Below, in pieces: positions 9,137 through 18,587 of a stretch of 64,000 bases of DNA. How positions within the stretch are numbered: the stretch's first letter is position 1; each line of letters starts with the position of its first letter. Below the pieces are notes generated by a model that did not search any database, was not told the origin of the DNA, and worked only from the letters and a program-made list of their open reading frames with translations. Origin of the DNA: Candidatus Omnitrophota bacterium (GTDB lineage: Bacteria > Omnitrophota > Gorgyraeia > 2-02-FULL-51-18); contig JACPWF010000015.1 in assembly GCA_016197155.1 (NCBI GenBank), positions 8,157 through 72,156 of the forward strand, written 5' to 3'. The translations under genes and the position numbers were made by a program.

Positions 9137-10542
9137 TCGTTCCCCGCCGCCGCAAACGCGACACGTTTCTTCCGTGGCTTCAGTTGGCCGCCGATGTGGC
9201 CGCGATTCAGGCGGTCTTAAGGGCCTCTTATTGGCTGAGATTTTTCAACCCCTATTTTGTCCTGCCCAGCGGCATTCCGGATTATCCGATTTATCTGGCC
9301 TCGTTTAATTTCATCACGCTCATCCTCGTTTTTTTTCTGCGCTTTTACGGCCTGTATAAACCCGCGCGGGTTTTCACTTATGCCAACGAGGCGGCGCGCG
9401 CGGTAAAGGCCGTTGTCGCGAGCGTCATCGTGCTCATGGCGCTCACCTTTTTTATCCGCGGGTTCACGTATTCGCGCACGTTTCTGGTGATGACGGGGAT
9501 TCTCATGGCGCTTGGCCTTTCCGCGGCGCGGTTTTTTCTGGGCGTTGCGGTGATGAGCGCGGACAGGGCCAGAGGCAGTTTTCGGAACGTGCTTCTAATG
9601 GGTTATGACGAAAATGCGCGGAAGCTCATCCACTTCTACCGGAAACATCCCCGTTTCAGCACGCGCGTGGTGGGGATTTTGGACGAGGCCCTGCCGCCGG
9701 GCTCCGAGGCGGAGGGGGTGCCGGTTTTGGGCCGGATTTCTGAATTGCCGAAATATCTCCAGGCCCATCACCAGGTCCATGAGGCGGTGCTGTCGGGACA
9801 GGGGGTTCCGAACGAGACGGTTTTAAAAATGATTTACGATTGCGAAAAAGAACTCGTGGCCTTTCGCTGGATCGCGGATGTTTTCGGGCTCATCGCCTCG
9901 AAGATGAGCGTTTCTTATTTCGGGGGCGTGCCGCTTTTATCTTTCATGGACTCGCCGCTCGGAGACTGGGAAAACCGTTTTCTGAAACGCGCGATGGACA
10001 TCGCCCTGTCCGCGGCGGCGCTCATTATTTTTTCGCCGGTGTTTTTGATTTTGACCGTTTTAATCAAACGGGATTCGCCGGGGCCTGTTTTTTATCCCCA
10101 GGAGAGGACCGGCGAGGACGGGCGCCATTTCATGCTTTTAAAATTCAGAACCATGAAGGCCGATGCCGAGGCCCAGACGGGCCCGGTGTGGGCAAGCGAA
10201 GACGACCCACGCCGCACGAGGCTCGGAGCTTTTTTAAGAAAAAACAACCTGGACGAACTGCCCCAGCTCTGGAATGTTCTAAAGGGCGACATGAGCCTCG
10301 TCGGCCCGAGGCCCGAGCGGCCCTATTTTGTGAGCCGGTTCCGCGAGGACGTGCCCCGTTACATGGCGCGGCACTCGATCCGTTCGGGCATCACGGGCTG
10401 GGCGCAGGTGAATGGCCTGCGCGGCAACACCTCCATCGAGGAACGGACGAAATTTGATTTGTATTACATCGAAAATTGGTCGCTTCTTTTTGACCTCAAG
10501 ATTCTTTTCATGACTCTCTTTGCCCGTGACAATGCGTACTGA
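9133..10542 (+). CDS. Undecaprenyl-phosphate sugar phosphotransferase (WbaP/exopolysaccharide polyprenyl glycosylphosphotransferase).
   Basis: RAMDIALSAAALIIFSPVFLIL...PGPVFYPQERTGEDGRHFMLLKFRTM...DELPQLWNVLKGDMSLVGPRPERP. Bacterial sugar transferase domain with N-terminal TM region. ATGA overlap upstream. Confidence 0.8.
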   Translation: MIVPRRRKRDTFLPWLQLAADVAAIQAVLRASYWLRFFNPYFVLPSGIPDYPIYLASFNFITLILVFFLRFYGLYKPARVFTYANEAARAVKAVVASVIVLMALTFFIRGFTYSRTFLVMTGILMALGLSAARFFLGVAVMSADRARGSFRNVLLMGYDENARKLIHFYRKHPRFSTRVVGILDEALPPGSEAEGVPVLGRISELPKYLQAHHQVHEAVLSGQGVPNETVLKMIYDCEKELVAFRWIADVFGLIASKMSVSYFGGVPLLSFMDSPLGDWENRFLKRAMDIALSAAALIIFSPVFLILTVLIKRDSPGPVFYPQERTGEDGRHFMLLKFRTMKADAEAQTGPVWASEDDPRRTRLGAFLRKNNLDELPQLWNVLKGDMSLVGPRPERPYFVSRFREDVPRYMARHSIRSGITGWAQVNGLRGNTSIEERTKFDLYYIENWSLLFDLKILFMTLFARDNAY

Positions 10543-11716
10543 TTTTAAGACCGCCGCTTTTTGGGCGCTAGCGGCGCTTCTGGCCGCGATCCCATTCTCC
10601 AACGCCCTTTTTGAGATCGCCTCCTGCGCGTTTATCGGTTTTTTTCTTTTGTCTCTTTTTCAAAAAAAGGACTTTATTTTTTTTAGACAAACTTTTTTTA
10701 CGCTGATTTTGATTTATTTTTTGATGAATCTTCTTTCGTTCGCGCGCACGGAGTATCCGGACGCCTCCGTCCGGGGCCTGCTCAAGGTGCTCAAAAATAT
10801 TCTCTTGTGCGCGGGAGCGGCCTACGTGATCGATTCGGAAAAACGGTTTCGCGCGGTTTTTTGGACGATTTTGATCGCGGCGGTTTTTGCGGGCCTGGAT
10901 GCCTGGATCCAGGGGATGCGGGGCGTGGATTTGCTGGGCCGGCACCCGACGGCTTTTTACGGGACGGTCGGGCGCCTGACAGGGCCTTTCCGGCATGCCA
11001 ATGATTTCGCGGCGTATTTGTCCGTTGTCTTTTTTCTTTTTTTGGCCGCGGTCACGGATGGCTTCGCCGTTTTTTCCAGGCGGAAATATCTTTTTTGCCT
11101 GGCGGGTTCCATCCTGACCGCCGGGTGCCTTGTCGTGACTTATTCGCGCGGAGCGTGGATCGCGGTCGCGGTGGTTTTTTTGATCAGCGCCTGCGTGAAA
11201 AGAAACAGGATCACCGCGGCCTTCCTTGCCGCGGGCGTGGTTTTTGTTTTGTTTTTTTCGCCGCCGCTGGTCAAGCAGAGGCTCGGCCGGCTTTTTGAGC
11301 CCGGTAGAGACACGCTGGTCGAGCGCAAGGCGCTGTGGGGCGAATCCATCCAAATGATCCGCACAAGTCCGCTGATCGGCTTGGGCGTGAACACCTACGC
11401 CAGGAACGAAATGAAATTCAAAACCTCCCACACCGATTTTCAATACGCGCACAACGGTTATCTTCAAATGGCCGCCGAGATCGGCCTCTTCGGCCTTTTC
11501 AGTTTTCTGGCCGTTGTCGTTTATTTTTTGACGAAGTGTCCGCGGGCGGCGGCCCGCTCGCCCGGCCCGTATGTTCAAATGGCTGGGCCAGGCCTTGCCT
11601 TTGCCGTCGCGGCGTTTCTTTTGGGAAGCGCGGCCGACACGAGCCTGCATTCTCTGCGACTGGTTAATTTCTTTTGGATTTTAATGGGGATCGGCTGGTC
11701 CGCGAAGAATGTTTAA
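10532..11716 (+). CDS. O-antigen ligase family membrane protein (WaaL-like).
   Basis: Polytopic protein with YSRGAWIA...GLGVNTYA...HNGYLQMAAEIGLFG Wzy_C signature. Start is ATG 10532 (TTG 10520 also possible). Confidence 0.7.
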   Translation: MRTDFKTAAFWALAALLAAIPFSNALFEIASCAFIGFFLLSLFQKKDFIFFRQTFFTLILIYFLMNLLSFARTEYPDASVRGLLKVLKNILLCAGAAYVIDSEKRFRAVFWTILIAAVFAGLDAWIQGMRGVDLLGRHPTAFYGTVGRLTGPFRHANDFAAYLSVVFFLFLAAVTDGFAVFSRRKYLFCLAGSILTAGCLVVTYSRGAWIAVAVVFLISACVKRNRITAAFLAAGVVFVLFFSPPLVKQRLGRLFEPGRDTLVERKALWGESIQMIRTSPLIGLGVNTYARNEMKFKTSHTDFQYAHNGYLQMAAEIGLFGLFSFLAVVVYFLTKCPRAAARSPGPYVQMAGPGLAFAVAAFLLGSAADTSLHSLRLVNFFWILMGIGWSAKNV

Positions 11717-12671
11717 AGAAGACATCCGCCGCATTTTATTTATCCGCACGGACCGGCTCGGCGACGTGCTCATGAACCTGCCGGCCATCCGCGTTTTGCG
11801 CCAGACATTCCCAAAGGCGTGGATCGCGCTTTTGGCCAAGCCTTCGGTCGCGCCGCTTTTCCGGCATCATCCCGATTTGGATGAGGTGATCGTTTTGGAT
11901 TCCGGGGCCGCCGAAAAAATTAAAAAGGCGCGCTTTGACCTGGCCATTATTTCCAATCCCGATAAATCCCTGCATTGGCTCATGTTCGTAAGTCACATCC
12001 GGCACCGCGTCGGCTATGACCGCAAATGGGGATTTCTCCTCACGCGCAAGATAAAGGACGAGAAAGACAAGGCCGAGCGTCATGAGATGGATTACAATTT
12101 GGAATTGATCCACCTCGTGTCCGCTGTTTCCTGGGACGGCGAAATGATTCTCGGCGAAGATCCGGCCGCGCGGAAAGAAATCGAAGGGCGTTTGGCCGAC
12201 AGGGCCGGCGCGGCGCCCGCCGGCTGGATCGCGATTCATCCCGGCACGAGTCATCCCGCAAAAAGATGGGACCCGCGGCGTTTTGCCGCGCTCTGTTCGA
12301 TGATCGCCTGCCAAACCCCGTTTAAGCCGCTTCTCATCGGCGGGGAAGAGGAAAGGAGGGTCTCCGCCGAGGTGGCCGATTATTCTCCGGAACCGGTGCT
12401 GGATTGGACGGGGCGCTTGACGCTTCCGGAGCTTGCCGCTTTTTTTAAAAATTCCCGGGTGAAAGCGCTGGTCTCGTCGGACAGCGGGCCGGTGCACCTG
12501 GCGTGGATGAGCGGTGTGCCGGTCGTCGCGCTTTACGCGAAAAACGCGGCCGGATCCAACCCCGCGCGTTGGGGCCCGCGCGGTGTTGCGAGCCGGGCGA
12601 TTTATAAACCCATTTTTGAAATCGATCCGGAGGAAGTCTTCGCGTGTTTGCGGGAGGTGTTGGCGCGATGA
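11709..12671 (+). CDS. GT9 heptosyltransferase-family glycosyltransferase.
   Basis: ILFIRTDRLGDVLMNLPAIRVL...SSDSGPVHLAWMSGVPVVALY. Confidence 0.7.
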   Translation: MFKEDIRRILFIRTDRLGDVLMNLPAIRVLRQTFPKAWIALLAKPSVAPLFRHHPDLDEVIVLDSGAAEKIKKARFDLAIISNPDKSLHWLMFVSHIRHRVGYDRKWGFLLTRKIKDEKDKAERHEMDYNLELIHLVSAVSWDGEMILGEDPAARKEIEGRLADRAGAAPAGWIAIHPGTSHPAKRWDPRRFAALCSMIACQTPFKPLLIGGEEERRVSAEVADYSPEPVLDWTGRLTLPELAAFFKNSRVKALVSSDSGPVHLAWMSGVPVVALYAKNAAGSNPARWGPRGVASRAIYKPIFEIDPEEVFACLREVLAR

Positions 12672-13729
12672 AGCGGATCCTGGTGGTCAATCCCTTCGGC
12701 ATCGGCGACGCGATCTTTTCGATGTTTCTCGTCGAGGCGATTCGAAGGGCCGTTCCCGACGCCTTTATCGGTTTTGTGTGTAACGAGCGCACCGCGGACC
12801 TCGCGCGGCTTGACGCCTCGATTGACGGGACCTTTGTCTTTAACCGGGATCTATTTCGGAAACTGTGGAGGCAGAGCCCGCTTCTTTTTTATAAAGAGCT
12901 AAAGGGCTTTCTCGGCGTCTTGAAAGAGGCGCGTTTTGACACGCTGTTTGACCTGTCGCTCGGGCGTCAATACAGCTTGTTCGCGATGGGAATCGGCATT
13001 CCTGACCGGATCGGCTTTGATTTCAAAGGCCGCGGAATTTTTTTGACGCGGAAGAAAAAAATAGACGGCTATGCGGGCCGTCAGGCGGCGGAGATTCAGC
13101 TCGAGCTTTTGGAGGCGGCGGGCCTGCGTCCGGATAAAAATAATTTAAAATTAAACCTGTCAATTTCGGATGCGGCCCGGAAAGCCGCGGGGCATGAATT
13201 GAAAAGCCGCGGGTTTTCCGAAACCGACAGAATTCTGGCCCTGGCCCCGGGCGGAGGCAAAAGCTGGGGGAAGGACGCTCGATTCAAGCAGTGGGACCCC
13301 GGACGTTTTGCCGAAGCGGCGAACGCGTTCGAGGGACACACAATTTTACTTCTCGGTGACGAGGAAGAGAGAAATTTATTGGAAAAAACGGCGGGGTTTT
13401 TGAACGCCAAAAGTTTAATCCTCGCCGGCGAGCCGATCGAGAGGGTCTCCGCCTTTCTTTTGAGAAGCCGGGCGCTTTTGTGCAATGACGGCGGCCTGCT
13501 TCATCTGGCCAACGCGCTTGGCGTGAAAACCGTGTCGATCTACGGGCCGGTGGATGAAAAAGTGTACGGCCCGTTTGACCGGATTGTGGCACATCAGGTC
13601 GTGACCCAAGATGTTCCGTGCCGGCCGTGTTATCAGAAGTTTCATTTTCCGCCGTGTCCGTATGACCGGCGGTGTCTGGACCATCTGCCGGCGGAGAAAG
13701 TCGTCGCCGCGCTTCGAAAAGTGATATGA
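12668..13729 (+). CDS. GT9 heptosyltransferase-family glycosyltransferase.
   Basis: MKRILVVNPFGIGDAIFS...NDGGLLHLANALGVKTVSIYGP...CRPCYQ. ATGA overlap with upstream GT9. Confidence 0.7.
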   Translation: MKRILVVNPFGIGDAIFSMFLVEAIRRAVPDAFIGFVCNERTADLARLDASIDGTFVFNRDLFRKLWRQSPLLFYKELKGFLGVLKEARFDTLFDLSLGRQYSLFAMGIGIPDRIGFDFKGRGIFLTRKKKIDGYAGRQAAEIQLELLEAAGLRPDKNNLKLNLSISDAARKAAGHELKSRGFSETDRILALAPGGGKSWGKDARFKQWDPGRFAEAANAFEGHTILLLGDEEERNLLEKTAGFLNAKSLILAGEPIERVSAFLLRSRALLCNDGGLLHLANALGVKTVSIYGPVDEKVYGPFDRIVAHQVVTQDVPCRPCYQKFHFPPCPYDRRCLDHLPAEKVVAALRKVI

Positions 13730-13738
13730 TATTTGGTT

Positions 13739-14518
13739 ATGAATTCTGAAAAAGCGCCCGTGTCGGTGGTGGTCATCACCAAAAATGAAGCGGACCGGAT
13801 ACGCGAGTGCCTCGAAAGCGTCCGATGGGCCGACGAAATCATCGTGGTGGATGATTTTTCGACGGACGACACGCCGAAAATCGCCAAAGAGTTCACGGAC
13901 AGGGTTTTTTCGCGAAAAATGGATATCGAGGGCCGGCATCGTAACCACGCCTACGGCCTGGCCTCTCACGAATGGGTCTTGAGTCTCGACGCGGATGAGC
14001 GTGTCACACCCGAATTGCGCGAGGAGATCGCGGCCCTTTTAAAAAGCGGCGCCACTTGCAACGGCTACACGATTCCCCGTAAAAATTTCATGGGCAAGAC
14101 CTGGGTGCGCTACGGCGGCATGTACCCGTCGGCACAGCTCAGGCTTTTTAAAAAATCAGCGTTCAAATATGACGAACAGGCCGAGGTGCATCCCCAGGCC
14201 TACATGAAGGACCCGCGCGGCAGTTTGAAAAGCGACATCCTCCATTACACGTACCGGGATTTTACCGACGCCATCGCCAAACTCGACCGCCAGACGGATC
14301 TCGAGGCGCAAAAGTGGTTCCGCGAGAAACGGCGTGTGGGCGTTTTTTCGATTCTCCGCAAAATGGTGGACCGTTTCTGGCGCGCCTATTTCGGAAAAGA
14401 GGGTCACCGGGACGGCGTCATCGGCCTGTTTCTGGCGGTGAATTCGGGCATGTACCAATTTTTATCCTTCGCCAAATACTGGGAAATGAAAAAGGCCGAA
14501 CAGCCGAAGCGGCCATGA
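13739..14518 (+). CDS. GT2 glycosyltransferase (WaaE/KdtX-like LPS core type).
   Basis: VSVVVITKNEADRIRECLESVRWADEIIVVDDFSTDDT. Confidence 0.7.
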   Translation: MNSEKAPVSVVVITKNEADRIRECLESVRWADEIIVVDDFSTDDTPKIAKEFTDRVFSRKMDIEGRHRNHAYGLASHEWVLSLDADERVTPELREEIAALLKSGATCNGYTIPRKNFMGKTWVRYGGMYPSAQLRLFKKSAFKYDEQAEVHPQAYMKDPRGSLKSDILHYTYRDFTDAIAKLDRQTDLEAQKWFREKRRVGVFSILRKMVDRFWRAYFGKEGHRDGVIGLFLAVNSGMYQFLSFAKYWEMKKAEQPKRP

Positions 14519-15345
14519 CGCGCCAGACCTTGAGCGCGGTCCTCATGACCAAGGACTGCGAAAATCTGGTCGAAGGCACTCTGAAGAGTGTCGCCGGATG
14601 GGCGGACGAAATCGTCGTGATAGACGGTTTCAGCCGCGACCGGACCGTCGAGATTTGCCGCCGGTACACGGACAAGGTTTTTCAAAATAAATGGGACGGT
14701 TATCGCTTTTGCACGGAACGGAATCTCGGAAACGGGAAGGCGACCGGCGATTGGTGCCTGCACATCGACCCAGACGAGCGCGCCACGCCGGAATTTAAAA
14801 AGGCGGTCACCGGGATTTTGACGCGCCCCACGCCGCACGGCGCTTTTGAATTCCGAAAAAAGAATTATTTTCTGGGACATTTCATGCGGCACGGCGGGTG
14901 GTACCACTACAGCCGCCACCTTTTTCGGCGCGGCCGCGCGCATTACGAGGGCGTGATCCACGAAACGCTCGTTGTCGACGGGAGTGTCGGAAGAATCGAG
15001 GCGTCGGTCGAGCATTATCCCTTCACCTCCGTGAAACAGTTTGTGATGCGCCACAACGGCTATTCGACGCGCGAGGCGCTCGCGAAAGCCGAATCGGGCG
15101 GGCCCCTTTCCAAAAAAACACTTTTTTACAACATTGAAACCAAGCCGCTCAAGCGTTTTTTCAAATTTTATGTGCGCAAGAAAGGTTTTCTGGACGGAAT
15201 GGTCGGGCTCATTTTTTCGGTGCTTTTCGCGTGGGTGCATTTTTTAAATTGGGTAAAATTGTGGGAAATCAATGAATGTTCTGATCATCAAATTGGGCGC
15301 GCTGGGCGACGTCCTGCGCACGACGCCGCTTTTAAGCGCGCTTAA
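14515..15345 (+). CDS. GT2 glycosyltransferase (second tandem WaaE-like copy).
   Basis: LSAVLMTKDCENLVEGTLKSVAGWADEIVVIDGFSRDRT. ATGA overlap with upstream GT2. Confidence 0.65.
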   Translation: MTRQTLSAVLMTKDCENLVEGTLKSVAGWADEIVVIDGFSRDRTVEICRRYTDKVFQNKWDGYRFCTERNLGNGKATGDWCLHIDPDERATPEFKKAVTGILTRPTPHGAFEFRKKNYFLGHFMRHGGWYHYSRHLFRRGRAHYEGVIHETLVVDGSVGRIEASVEHYPFTSVKQFVMRHNGYSTREALAKAESGGPLSKKTLFYNIETKPLKRFFKFYVRKKGFLDGMVGLIFSVLFAWVHFLNWVKLWEINECSDHQIGRAGRRPAHDAAFKRA

Positions 15346-16297
15346 AAAAAAGGATCCCGCCGCGCGCGTGACGTGGCTGGTCGATGAGGCGCACCGGGGG
15401 GCGCTTGAGGGAAATCCTCTCATTGACGAGCTCATTTCTTTTTCGCCCGCGGCCGTCGGCCTTCTAAAAAAAAGATCTTTTGATTGGGCTGTCAATTTAG
15501 ACAAAGAAAAAGAGGCGCTCGACGCCGTTTCCGCCGCCGCGGCCAAAAAGAAAATGGGTTTCGGACGTTTGGTGAACGGGGAATTGGGGCCGCTCGATCC
15601 TTTGAGCGAGTACGCGTATCGTTTGGGAATTGACGATGAATTGAAGTTTAAGAAAAATAAGAAAACTTATCAGGAAATCAGCTTTGAGCAGATGGGGTGG
15701 AAATTTGAGGGCGAGGATTATGTTTTCACGCTCGGTGATGAAAATACCGATTATGCCCGGCGCGTGCTGAAGGAGCGGGGCGTGGGGTTAAACGGCCGAA
15801 AGGGGCCCTTGATCGGTTTAAATACGGGCAGCGGCAATCGTTTTGCGGGAAAAAAACTGCCGGTCTCCACTCTTGTGAGGCTCGCCGGGATTTTTTGCGA
15901 ACGGATGGGCGCAACCGTGCTTCTTTTGGGCGGAAAAGACGAGACCGAGCGGAATCGTGAAATCGCCGGGCTTTGCCGCGGTTCGGTCGTGAATGCCGGC
16001 AGTCACGCGATCAGGGATTTCGCCGCGATCGTGAAGCGTTGTGACTTGGCGGTATCCGGCGACACGACGGCAATGCACATCGCGATCGCCGTGAAGGTGC
16101 CGGTGGTCGCGTATTTTGCCTCCACCTGCGCGCCGGAAATCGAGCTTTACGGCCGCGGGAAAAAAGTGGTTTCCGGAATCTCCTGCGCGCCGTGTTACAA
16201 AAAAATTTGTCCGATCGACGAGCAGTGCATGAAAGACATGACCGCGGAGGAACTTTTTTCCGCGGCCAAGGAGGTGCTCGCGCATGCCGGGGTCTAA
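15272..16297 (+). CDS. GT9 heptosyltransferase-family glycosyltransferase.
   Basis: MNVLIIKLGALGDVLRTTPLL...SGDTTAMHIAIAVKVPVVAYF...CAPCYKKICP. Confidence 0.7.
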   Translation: MNVLIIKLGALGDVLRTTPLLSALKKKDPAARVTWLVDEAHRGALEGNPLIDELISFSPAAVGLLKKRSFDWAVNLDKEKEALDAVSAAAAKKKMGFGRLVNGELGPLDPLSEYAYRLGIDDELKFKKNKKTYQEISFEQMGWKFEGEDYVFTLGDENTDYARRVLKERGVGLNGRKGPLIGLNTGSGNRFAGKKLPVSTLVRLAGIFCERMGATVLLLGGKDETERNREIAGLCRGSVVNAGSHAIRDFAAIVKRCDLAVSGDTTAMHIAIAVKVPVVAYFASTCAPEIELYGRGKKVVSGISCAPCYKKICPIDEQCMKDMTAEELFSAAKEVLAHAGV

Positions 16298-16841
16298 ATT
16301 TATTTTCCTCGACCGGGACGGCGTCATCAATGAATTTCCCGGGCCGGGCGGCTACGTGACGGATTGGAAGAAATTTCGTTTTATTCCCAAATCAGCCGAG
16401 GCGATCGCCCTTTTGTCGCGCGCGGGTTTTGAGATTGCCGTCATCTCCAACCAGGGCGGGGTTTCGAAAGGGCTGATGACGTCCGAAGATTTGAAGCGCC
16501 TCACGCGCCAGATGCTGGAGGCCGTCAAAAAAAAAGGCGGAAAAATCGCGGGGGTTTTTTACTGCGAGCACCAGACCTCCGACCGCTGTGACTGCAAAAA
16601 GCCCAAACCCGCTCTTTTTTATCGGGCGATCGGCGGCCGCGCGGCGGATTGGAAATCGATTTTTTTTATCGGGGACTCCAGGGAGGACATCCTGGCGGGC
16701 AAGGCGCTGGGTTGTAAAACCCTGATGGTGCTGACGGGGCGGCTGAAGGAAAAAGACATTCCGGCCCTGCCGGCGAAACCGGACGCGGTCAAAAAGGATC
16801 TTTGGGAGGCGGCGCGTTGGATCATCCAAAAAAAATACTGA
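16284..16841 (+). CDS. gmhB: D-glycero-D-manno-heptose 1,7-bisphosphate phosphatase (HAD-IIIA).
   Basis: FLDRDGVINE...ISNQGGV...CDCKKPKP motifs typical of GmhB. Confidence 0.75.
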   Translation: MPGSKFIFLDRDGVINEFPGPGGYVTDWKKFRFIPKSAEAIALLSRAGFEIAVISNQGGVSKGLMTSEDLKRLTRQMLEAVKKKGGKIAGVFYCEHQTSDRCDCKKPKPALFYRAIGGRAADWKSIFFIGDSREDILAGKALGCKTLMVLTGRLKEKDIPALPAKPDAVKKDLWEAARWIIQKKY

Positions 16842-17941
16842 TCCTTTACGCCTCGGCGGGCTACGGCCACAAGAAGGCGGCCAAGGCCATCGAGGAGGCG
16901 TACAGGAAAAAAGGGCGTCACGCCGTCCGGTGCGTGGATGTTTTGACCATCACCACTTCTATCTTCGGGCAGGGCTATGAACGCACCTACCTTTTTTTGA
17001 TCCGGCACTTTCCGTGGCTGTGGGGATTTTTTTATTATCTGACCGACGTGCGCTGGGTTTATCTGGCGGTGATCAAGCCTCTGCGCCGCGCGGTGAATGC
17101 CTTCGTCGGGGGACGTCTGGCCAGACTCATCTTCGAGGAGCGGGCCTCGGTCATCATTTCGACGCATTTTTTGTCGACGGAAGTGGCGGGGCACCTGAAG
17201 GCGCGCGGCCAGATCCACTCACGGCTTGTCACGGTCGTGACGGATTTCATGCCGCATTATTTTTGGTTGTCGCCGGGTGTGGACGCGTATGAGGTGGCCC
17301 TGCCGGAGACCAAACAGGCGCTCGTGAAAAAGGGCGTGGCGCCCGAAAAAATTTACGTGATGGGCATTCCCGTCGAACCGAAATTTTCTAGGCCCCTTTC
17401 GAAGGAAGCGATCCAGAGTCATTATTCCATTCCGAAAGGCGCTTTCACGATTTTACTCACCAGCGGCGCGGCCGCCGTCGGGCCGTTTAAGAAAATGGTG
17501 GAAAGCCTGCGGAATTTGAAGCGGCCGCTTCAGATCCTCGTGGTGTGCGGAAATAACGACCGCTTGCGTGAGGACCTCTCGCGAACCTATGCCTCCGACG
17601 GATCGGTAAAAATTTTTGGTTTTGTTCAGAACATGGAAGAGCTGATGGAGGTGGCGGACCTGGTCGTCGGAAAAGGGGGAGGGCTGACCCTTTCCGAGTG
17701 TCTGGCGAAAGACAGGCCGATGCTCATTTTCCGGCCGGTGCCCGGACAGGAATCCCGCAACGCCCGGTGCATGGAAAAGCACGGCGCGGGGGTGACGGTT
17801 CATTCGATCCGCAAAGTCCGGGAAAATGTCCTGGGTTTTTTGGATCACCCCGCCCGCCTGGATTATCTGAAACGGAACGCGGTCCGGCTGGGCAAACCGC
17901 GCGCGGCCGAGGCGATAGGCGAGTGGCTGGACCATGAGTGA
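16802..17941 (+). CDS. GT28 lipid glycosyltransferase (MGDG synthase/UgtP-like).
   Basis: KKILILYASAGYGHKKAAKAIEEAY...VTDFMPHYFWLSPGVD. Monogalactosyldiacylglycerol synthase-like N-domain plus GT28 C-domain. Start uncertain (TTG). Confidence 0.6.
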   Translation: MGGGALDHPKKILILYASAGYGHKKAAKAIEEAYRKKGRHAVRCVDVLTITTSIFGQGYERTYLFLIRHFPWLWGFFYYLTDVRWVYLAVIKPLRRAVNAFVGGRLARLIFEERASVIISTHFLSTEVAGHLKARGQIHSRLVTVVTDFMPHYFWLSPGVDAYEVALPETKQALVKKGVAPEKIYVMGIPVEPKFSRPLSKEAIQSHYSIPKGAFTILLTSGAAAVGPFKKMVESLRNLKRPLQILVVCGNNDRLREDLSRTYASDGSVKIFGFVQNMEELMEVADLVVGKGGGLTLSECLAKDRPMLIFRPVPGQESRNARCMEKHGAGVTVHSIRKVRENVLGFLDHPARLDYLKRNAVRLGKPRAAEAIGEWLDHE

Positions 17942-18581
17942 CGCTCGGAGCGAGGCGCTCGCCGCCGCGCGGCAAATTTTGGAAACGGAAAAGGCGTTCG
18001 GCGTTTCGGAGATTGTTTCAGGCGAAAAAAAAGAGACGCTCGCGTCGCTCGAAGCGGAATTTAAAAATTGCGCGCTTTGCGCGCTTTCCCAAACGCGCAC
18101 GCAGGTGGTTTTTGGAAGCGGAAACCCGCGCGCCGGGCTCATGTTCGTCGGCGAGGCGCCCGGATTCGACGAAGACCGGCAGGGCCTGCCCTTTGTCGGC
18201 GCGGCCGGACAGCTCCTGACGAAAATGATCCAGGCCATGAAACTTCGCCGCGAAGACGTGTACATCGCCAATTGCCTCAAGTGCCGCCCGCCGGGGAACC
18301 GCAACCCTCTTCCCACGGAGATCGCGACCTGCCACCCGATTCTTCAAAGACAGATCCAGCTCATCCGTCCGAAGGTCATCTGCGCGCTCGGGAAATTCGC
18401 CGCGCAGACGCTTTTGAAAACCGAGACCCCCATCAGCCGTTTGCGCGGGCGCTTTGTGGAACAGGGCGGCGTTAAAATCATGCCGACCTTTCATCCCGCG
18501 TATCTTTTGAGAAATCCCGCCGACAAAAAACTGGCCTGGGAAGACCTGAAGGCCATCATGAAAGAGATGGGGACGCTCTAG
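17934..18581 (+). CDS. Uracil-DNA glycosylase, family 4.
   Basis: CALCALSQTRTQVVFGSGNPRAGLMFVGEAPG...GAAGQLL...CRPPGNRNP...FHPAYLLRNP. Confidence 0.8.
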   Translation: MSDARSEALAAARQILETEKAFGVSEIVSGEKKETLASLEAEFKNCALCALSQTRTQVVFGSGNPRAGLMFVGEAPGFDEDRQGLPFVGAAGQLLTKMIQAMKLRREDVYIANCLKCRPPGNRNPLPTEIATCHPILQRQIQLIRPKVICALGKFAAQTLLKTETPISRLRGRFVEQGGVKIMPTFHPAYLLRNPADKKLAWEDLKAIMKEMGTL

Positions 18582-18587
18582 GGCTTC

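Noticed and set aside
10568-11650. 360-aa minus-strand ORF, Arg/Lys/Gln-rich.
   Set aside because: Antisense to the well-supported O-antigen ligase gene. Low-complexity composition typical of shadow ORFs in GC-rich DNA.
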